Assembly: GCA_000004985.1 (NCBI GenBank)
Contig: GG739101.1
Direction: 5' to 3' (one strand)
Origin: Naegleria gruberi
Lineage: Eukaryota
DNA: 7,819 bases
In this document: positions 1-5,300 of the stretch, piece after piece
Layout of the letters: each line of letters begins with the position of its first letter
Numbering within the stretch: the stretch's first letter is position 1
The notes under the pieces: model-generated
Database searches by the model: none
The model's input: only the letters and a program-made list of their open reading frames with translations
Told to the model about the DNA's origin: nothing
Made by a program: the position numbers and the translations under genes

Positions 1-10
1 TATGTTATGT

Positions 11-1039
11 CTAGTACACCATGCCTTTGCTGCAGCTATAATATCTTTGTACAGAGCCGAACTTGTAAGTCTTATTATTAATGTGGGATTCTACAAGCCA
101 AATCAACCAGGAATTGTAGGTGTCAGGATTGACATGAACGCCATCAATTCTTTTAGTAAACGGATCGAATGATTCAGATTTACAATAGCCTAAATAATTT
201 ATAATACCACTTTCAGGAGAGAGTAAGGTTTTTTCAGAGAGAGCAATATGATACTTCACCTCCTTCCAGATCTTGGCTATGGCCTGTGCCTTCTCTTGTC
301 CTTGGAGTGTAGACAGGGTCTTGCTATGACTCTCCATCATTTCATCGTATTGTTTTCTCTTTGGTCCAGCAGGAATATTTCCAGTGGCTTCTCTGAGTTT
401 CCAATTCTTTGTTAGAGCCTCTATATCAATGATTGGTTGAGAATTAAGTTTAAGCAACATATCCTTAGAATTATTTTGGATGATTTCTAATTGATAACAA
501 AGTCTTTCCTTCATGGATTGATTAATAGGAGCATTCTTACAACTATCAATAAGAGAATTCAATTGTGTCAACATGATGATGATACATTCTACATTGTGTT
601 CTTCCATGAAAGGATTGGTCATTATTGGAGGATGGAAGCCTTGATTGAATAGTGCTGGAGGAGGTTGATTGAATGATGGATAGCAGTGTTGGAAGGAATT
701 GTTTGGTTGTTGAAGGCCTTGATTGAAATTAAGAGATGGAGTTTGATTGAGTGAAGGATAGTTGGATTGATAACTCAAATATTGATACATGGTATTTGCT
801 TGTTGCAAAAGAGAGTTCAGATCAGATGATTGAACAAGGTTATCAAAGCCTTGGTTGGCTGGTTGAGGTTGGTTGGTAGGTGGATTGAGTTGATCATTGA
901 GGTTGTGTTCTACTAGTGGTAGGGTGTTAGCCTGTTGCAAGTCTAGGTTTGAGCAGCCTAACAAGTCTAAGAATGAGTGCACATCAGATACCTCTTCAGT
1001 GGTGGCAAAGATGTCAACTTTGCCTTCTTCATATTCCAT
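11..1039 (-). CDS. Q/N-rich hypothetical protein (342 aa from the first ATG), possibly a transcription regulator; function not recognised
   Basis: The ORF track gives 11..1120, but its first codon at 1118-1120 is a GTG. The first ATG is at 1037-1039 (MEYEEGKVDIF...), sits in an A/T-rich context, and is taken as the start. The stop is TAG at 11-13. The N-terminus is acidic. The middle is Q/N/P-rich low complexity with recurring FNQG-like motifs (ANQGF, NFNQGL, SFNQPP, LFNQGF). The C-terminal ~150 aa (NWKLREATGNIPAGPKRKQYDEMMESH...SWLIWLVESHINNKTYKFGSVQRYY) are globular and non-repetitive. No homeodomain WFxNxR, zinc-cluster or canonical HMG PxNAF motif was found. Confidence 0.6.
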   Translation of the reverse strand: MEYEEGKVDIFATTEEVSDVHSFLDLLGCSNLDLQQANTLPLVEHNLNDQLNPPTNQPQPANQGFDNLVQSSDLNSLLQQANTMYQYLSYQSNYPSLNQTPSLNFNQGLQQPNNSFQHCYPSFNQPPPALFNQGFHPPIMTNPFMEEHNVECIIIMLTQLNSLIDSCKNAPINQSMKERLCYQLEIIQNNSKDMLLKLNSQPIIDIEALTKNWKLREATGNIPAGPKRKQYDEMMESHSKTLSTLQGQEKAQAIAKIWKEVKYHIALSEKTLLSPESGIINYLGYCKSESFDPFTKRIDGVHVNPDTYNSWLIWLVESHINNKTYKFGSVQRYYSCSKGMVY

Positions 1040-1319
1040 GATGATAACAATTTTAATTTTTTTGATTTCAATAAGGTACAAGTGTGTGATTTTCATGATC
1101 TTTTTAAACTCATTCAACACTACAATCTACACGCACCTAAAGCAACGATTTGGAAAACTAAAACTCTTTTGGTTGACAGGTTTTTTTTATCCAAACCATC
1201 CTACCCAGCATTCTTATTTAGTCCAAATAACACCCACCAAAGCCCACCAAAGCCTCTCACGCAATGTTTAGATGATTATTATCTAAAAATAAAAAAACAA
1301 ATTTAATTTTATTAAAAAA
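1040..1319. promoter_or_regulatory. Divergent (bidirectional) promoter region between the minus-strand gene (11..1039) and the plus-strand gene (starts 1320)
   Basis: The 280-bp spacer between two head-to-head ATGs is very AT-rich. It has an A-tract (ctaaaaataaaaaaacaaat, ~1283-1302) just upstream of the plus-strand ATG and a yeast-like AAAAAAATGG start context. It also contains a T9 run (around 1179-1192) and the tandem repeat at 1234..1253. Confidence 0.45.
1234..1253. repeat. Perfect tandem direct repeat (CCACCAAAGC)x2 within the divergent promoter, embedded in aacaCCCACCAAAGCCCACCAAAGCCtctc
   Basis: Read directly: 1234-1243 equals 1244-1253. The run aACACCCACcaaag is a C-rich island in otherwise AT-rich DNA and partly resembles Rap1-type ACACCCA cores. 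The 9-mer CACCAAAGC also occurs once more on the minus strand, at plus coordinates 4470-4478. Confidence 0.6.
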
Positions 1320-2780
1320 ATGGCCACATATGAAGAACAATTCTTGCCAAATAATGATGATTTGGTTTTAAAGAAACTAGCTTCCGACTTGTTCATCTAC
1401 ATTTCTGAAGATGTTTTAGAATTACGAAAGATTAATCCAAATATTGTATTTCTTATTGATTGGAACTCAATAATGTCTCTTCCCAAAAATTTAAAGTGGA
1501 TAGCTAGAGGACAAGAATTAGGAGCCCAAGAAAATGTTATTCTTTACATGAAATTCTCTAATAGAATTAAATATTTATGTAGAGATTTACCTGCTTGCCT
1601 ATGCAAAGAACCATATAGCAAAAAAGTATTTAATGAATTTAAAAGGATGATTCTTCATATCAAACATAATTCATCATCAATACAAGCTAATGGACGTANN
1701 NNNNNNNNNNNNNNNNNNNNNNNNNNNNNNNNNNNNNNNNNNNNNNNNNNNNNNNNNNNNNNNNNNNNNNNNNNNNNNNNNNNNNNNNNNNNNNNNNNNN
1801 NNNNNNNNNNNNNNNNNNNNNNNNNNNNNNNNNNNNNNNNNNNNNNNNNNNNNNNNNNNNNNNNNNNNNNNNNNNNNNNNNNNNNNNNNNNNNNNNNNNN
1901 NNNNNNNNNNNNNNNNNNNNNNNNNNNNNNNNNNNNNNNNNNNNNNNNNNNNNNNNNNNNNNNNNNNNNNNNNNNNNNNNNNNNNNNNNNNNNNNNNNNN
2001 NNNNNNNNNNNNNNNNNNNNNNNNNNNNNNNNNNNNNNNNNNNNNNNNNNNNNNNNNNNNNNNNNNNNNNNNNNNNNNNNNNNNNNNNNNNNNNNNNNNN
2101 NNNNNNNNNNNNNNNNNNNNNNNNNNNNNNNNNNNNNNNNNNNNNNNNNNNNNNNNNNNNNNNNNNNNNNNNNNNNNNNNNNNNNNNNNNNNNNNNNNNN
2201 NNNNNNNNNNNNNNNNNNNNNNNNNNNNNNNNNNNNNNNNNNNNNNNNNNNNNNNNNNNNNNNNNNNNNNNNNNNNNNNNNNNNNNNNNNNNNNNNNNNN
2301 NNNNNNNNNNNNNNNNNNNNNNNNNNNNNNNNNNNNNNNNNNNNNNNNNNNNNNNNNNNNNNNNNNNNNNNNNNNNNNNNNNNNNNNNNNNNNNNNNNNN
2401 NNNNNNNNNNNNNNNNNNNNNNNNNNNNNNNNNNNNNNNNNNNNNNNNNNNNNNNNNNNNNNNNNNNNNNNNNNNNNNNNNNNNNNNNNNNNNNNNNNNN
2501 NNNNNNNNNNNNNNNNNNNNNNNNNNNNNNNNNNNNNNNNNNNNNNNNNNNNNNNNNNNNNNNNNNNNNNNNNNNNNNNNNNNNNNNNNNNNNNNNNNNN
2601 NNNNNNNNNNNNNNNNNNNNNNNNNNNNNNNNNNNNNNNNNNNNNNNNNNNNNNNNNNNNNNNNNNNNNNNNNNNNNNNNNNNNNNNNNNNNNNNNNNNN
2701 NNNNNNNNNNNNNNNNNNNNNNNNNNNNNNNNNNNNNNNNNNNNNNNNNNNNNNNNNNNNNNNNNNNNNNNNGTTCTTGA
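1320..2780 (+). CDS. Hypothetical protein; only the N-terminal 126 aa are visible (MATYEEQFLPNNDDLVLKKLASDLF...IQANGR), then an N-run; the 3' end is inferred through the masked block
   Basis: The ATG at 1320 lies in the aaaaaaATGg context. The clean ORF 1320-1698 has no stops and protein-like composition. It is divergent from the gene at 11..1039. The frame runs into Ns at 1699. If the 1074-nt N-run is the true length (358 codons), the same frame ends at TGA 2778-2780. The alternative frame ends at TAA 2791-2793 (VLDAVN*). The end coordinate is therefore uncertain. Confidence 0.4.
   Translation: MATYEEQFLPNNDDLVLKKLASDLFIYISEDVLELRKINPNIVFLIDWNSIMSLPKNLKWIARGQELGAQENVILYMKFSNRIKYLCRDLPACLCKEPYSKKVFNEFKRMILHIKHNSSSIQANGRXXXXXXXXXXXXXXXXXXXXXXXXXXXXXXXXXXXXXXXXXXXXXXXXXXXXXXXXXXXXXXXXXXXXXXXXXXXXXXXXXXXXXXXXXXXXXXXXXXXXXXXXXXXXXXXXXXXXXXXXXXXXXXXXXXXXXXXXXXXXXXXXXXXXXXXXXXXXXXXXXXXXXXXXXXXXXXXXXXXXXXXXXXXXXXXXXXXXXXXXXXXXXXXXXXXXXXXXXXXXXXXXXXXXXXXXXXXXXXXXXXXXXXXXXXXXXXXXXXXXXXXXXXXXXXXXXXXXXXXXXXXXXXXXXXXXXXXXXXXXXXXXXXXXXXXXXXXXXXXXXXXXXXXXXXXXXXXXXXXXXXXXXXXXXXXXXXXXXXXS
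1699..2772. other. Run of 1074 N (assembly gap or masked sequence)
   Basis: Counted directly from the sequence. The length is not a round number and is a multiple of 3 (358 codons). The run lies inside the plus-strand ORF that starts at 1320. Confidence 0.95.
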
Positions 2781-3139
2781 TGCAGTTAATTAACAATAGA
2801 CTTTAAAAAGATTGGATCAGAATCAGCTGTTGCCAAAGCAGGACATTCAAATCAAAGAGAAGGAGTATTAGTAATTTGAACAGTGAAAGAGGTAGTAATT
2901 CTCCAATCTATCAGATAGCTTGAACTATATTAATTCTTGAGGTTGGTGTGTAGGTGTTACAACATTTGCAATCAAGAAGAACCAACTGGAACACTATTAG
3001 GATAACTTGTCAAATAACCACTATCGGCACTATCAACATCAGCAATTAATGTACCAAGATTGACACTAACAAGTATTTCTCTTCTGAGCAGGAGTAGAGT
3101 ATTATTGGATTTGTAAAAGTGCCACCAACTGTTCATGCT

Positions 3140-4679
3140 ATACATCAAGTTGAATCTTCCCTCCATGATTTGGTGAGGGAGAACCTTCTCTCTTCCATAT
3201 TGTTCAATAATAGACGTGCGATATTAAACCAACAGCAAGTCATCAACATGATATTCTTATTTGAACCAAATCTTGTTGATGCATCAACATTACCTCAATT
3301 TGTTGAGCATTAGCTACTGCATCCTTAACAAGAATCCATGGTTTAACTTCATCAAATAATTGATTACACTTCTTTAAAATCTTTGTGGCTGCAAGATTGG
3401 CAAATCTCACTTCACATCTTTCTTCATAGGCATTTCTAACTTGTTCTTGTAAATCATTGAGTAATTCAATAAGTTCTTGAGTAGTTTGATTTGGATTTTG
3501 TTCGGCATTAGGGCAATCAAATTGAAGATTTCTGTATTGAATTTCTCCCTCTTCAGCATGGAATTTCTTATTAAAAGCTCTGGTCAATAAATTTCCGAAA
3601 ATATCAGCCAATTCATTCAATAACAGGAAATCTAACGATACTGAAACTACTATCATTACTGAGTACAGCTTCACTCAATAAATAGTAACGTAACAAGTCA
3701 TGTTCAACACTAGTTTGATTCAACAAATCATATGGTGATACAACATTGCCTAAACACTTGGACATTTTGACATCATTGACAAGCCAATATGAGTGAACAA
3801 GAGCCATCAAAAGCAGGCCAGTAAATACCATGGAATTTGAGAATGTCTTTTCCAATAATTTGGACAGTTGGTGGCCAATTGAGTGATTCATTAGCGAGAG
3901 TGGAACCAGCAGTAAGATAATTTGTCAAAGCATCAAGCCAAACATAAATTGTATGTTCCGAATCATCTAGAACTGGAACCAAATAAGTAGAATCATCAAT
4001 ATCAGAATCAGTTGCCAAACTAATGGCCTCAATAATGATTGAACATTAGCACCAGAGTAACTGAAATATCAGCAGCCTTGGTTGTTGTATGAATTTGTCA
4101 AGGCCTTTGTAGAGCTATCCAAACCATCTGTCAATATAATAGTACACACACTACTTCCAGTAAAATTTGAAGAAGCAAAATTAAGATCTTTGACAACTCC
4201 AGATGCAACTATAGAACAATCAATATCTGTGACAGAGATAGATGGTGGCAGATAATTTTACCTACTATAATTCCAACTTCATCACAAATTTCTTTCTCAA
4301 TGCAGTAATATCAGTTGTTGACCAATTGATATTTCACCATAGTTATATCAGAAAAGTTCCCATCAGAAGGAATCTTTGATTAATTGATTGCTTGTATCCT
4401 AGATCATTTCTAGATATTCCTTTATCCAAAGGGGGTGGTCTTTTGTTTGGGTGGTGGTTGTTGGTCTTTGCTTTGGTGCGGGACTAGCATACAAAAGTGA
4501 CCACTCTTCAAACCATAAACCATAATTAAACTTGTTCAAATGAAGATGAGTCGACCAGTTCTTCTTCAACAATATCAAAAAGTAGTATCTTGACCACCAG
4601 CACAACTAACATAGAAAGCACCAAGTTCTTCAGCATCCAACAAATACTTGGCAGTACAGATTTCTGGCTTTAGTGTCAT
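3140..4679 (-). pseudogene. Methionyl-tRNA synthetase pseudogene of the bacterial/mitochondrial (MSM1-like) type, with multiple frameshifts, an in-frame stop and an internal insertion
   Basis: Class-I aaRS KMSKS motif, with flanking residues, as [23 protein letters not shown] at about 3745-3770 (minus strand). MetRS-specific [16 protein letters not shown] and [17 protein letters not shown] at about 3850-3950. Anticodon-domain start FLLLNELADIFGNLLTRAF at about 3560-3620. More N-terminal remnants match MetRS CP-domain motifs: FIQQP at about 4080-4100, and ...N*YYCIEKEICDE (GxIYxGxYEGWYCxxCE-like) with a TGA at 4311-4313 (minus sense) where Gly is expected. These pieces lie in three different frames (ORF-track fragments 3243..3674, 3613..3891, 3773..4018 overlap). 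At least two joins are explained by single-base indels. No intact HIGH motif is recoverable upstream. Boundaries are approximate. Confidence 0.6.
4441..4480. repeat. TG-rich (TG1-3-like) low-complexity tract ttttgtttgggtggtggttgttggtctttgctttggtgcg inside the MetRS pseudogene
   Basis: Read directly. On the minus strand it is CA-rich and would encode a PAPKQRPTTTTQTKDHP segment with no counterpart in MetRS, so it looks like an insertion or expansion. It contains CACCAAAGC (minus) at 4470-4478. Confidence 0.5.
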
Positions 4680-5107
4680 AACTCCTGACAGTTTCTTTTT
4701 TAATGGTCGACAAAATTCAATTAGTTAGTGTACAACATCTTATCAGTGGCAAGATTCAATCCACAGTTATCCTTCTTGGATGGAAGTGGGATTGGGAGAG
4801 TTTGACAGAGTAATCCACAATGAAGCTCTAATCAAACAAATAATTTAAATCATTCATCTATCATAATAGAAAATCACTCACACTGATCTAATTACATTAA
4901 TTCGAGTCAGTCAAGATGGTGTTTGGGTTCACGTTGATAGTACTAGATACAAGAACAAATATTCAATATTTGGAAGTGGATGAACATAATATTATTGTTA
5001 TTGGAGAAGTAGAGAAGGAGGAAAGTACTAATAATAAGTTATGATGGCTCATCCAAAAACACCAATAACAAATAATGGCAACAAAACGTTAGTAAACAAG
5101 GTAGTAC

Positions 5108-5125
5108 TATTCGTTGAAACGAATA
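5108..5125. repeat. Perfect hairpin / inverted repeat TATTCGTtgaaACGAATA (7-8 bp stem) at the edge of a ~110-bp GC-enriched island (about 5125-5235)
   Basis: Read directly: tattcgtt at 5108-5115 is the reverse complement of aacgaata at 5118-5125. The island that follows (ccagccttgtgtatgtggttgaaacaaacaccacaggcagagcaatgtccaatacccatg...gcacatcctggggc) is markedly more GC-rich than its flanks. It lies 3' of the large minus-strand ORF, which stops at 5301. Confidence 0.6.
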
Positions 5126-5241
5126 CGTAACCAGCCTTGTGTATGTGGTTGAAACAAACACCACAGGCAGAGCAATGTCCAATACCCATGTAAAATACCA
5201 GTACATCGCAGCACATCCTGGGGCAAAATTCTCAACCGATA

Positions 5242-5251
5242 TTTTTTTTTT
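5242..5251. repeat. T10 homopolymer (A10 on the minus strand) about 50 nt downstream of the stop of the 5301..7819 ORF
   Basis: Read directly. It sits in the AT-rich block 5236-5300 (atttaatattaaatttattatgtaataaaa) between the stop codon and the GC island. It is plausibly part of the 3' UTR / polyadenylation region of the minus-strand gene. Confidence 0.5.
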
Positions 5252-5300
5252 CGTGATTTTATTTAATATTAAATTTATTATGTAATAAAACATGATTGTC

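Noticed and set aside
300-420. Possible HMG box in the C-terminal domain of the 342-aa protein (PKRKQYDEMM...IAKIWKEVKYH)
   Set aside because: The PKR and WK spacing is suggestive. However, the essential aromatic residues of the HMG fold (NAF, MVW, YKY) are absent, so this is not claimable without a profile search.
897-1306. Plus-strand ORFs 897..1271 and 977..1306 from the ORF track
   Set aside because: They are antisense to the 11..1039 gene and run through the AT-rich divergent promoter. Their low-complexity translation (FFIFHDDNNFNFFDF...) is typical of spurious ORFs.
2972-3313. ORFs 2972..3166 (-) and 3119..3313 (+) near the 3' end of the MetRS region
   Set aside because: There is no recognisable similarity to the MetRS C-terminus or to anything else. 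They are probably the intergenic or 3'-UTR sequence between the convergent 1320 gene and the pseudogene.
4899-4918. tRNA-like T-loop match AATTCGAGTC followed by a possible acceptor stem
   Set aside because: The upstream 5 nt (ATTAA) cannot pair with the proposed 3' T-stem (CAGTC). No D-arm or anticodon arm could be folded. The reverse strand has no TTCGA either. I conclude this is not a tRNA.
5039-5060. snoRNA C-box-like ATGATGG at 5041-5047
   Set aside because: There is no downstream D box (CTGA) within the expected 60-150 nt on either strand and no terminal stem.
5088-5141. Intron signals: TACTAAC on the minus strand at 5088-5094 and GTATGT on the plus strand at 5136-5141
   Set aside because: They are on opposite strands and not arranged as 5' splice site, then branch point, then AG within any ORF. 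This is a chance occurrence in the 3' flank.
5255-5295. ARS consensus-like AT-rich block (gattttatttaatattaaatttatta)
   Set aside because: The best match to WTTTAYRTTTW is 10/11. It is unremarkable in AT-rich intergenic DNA.
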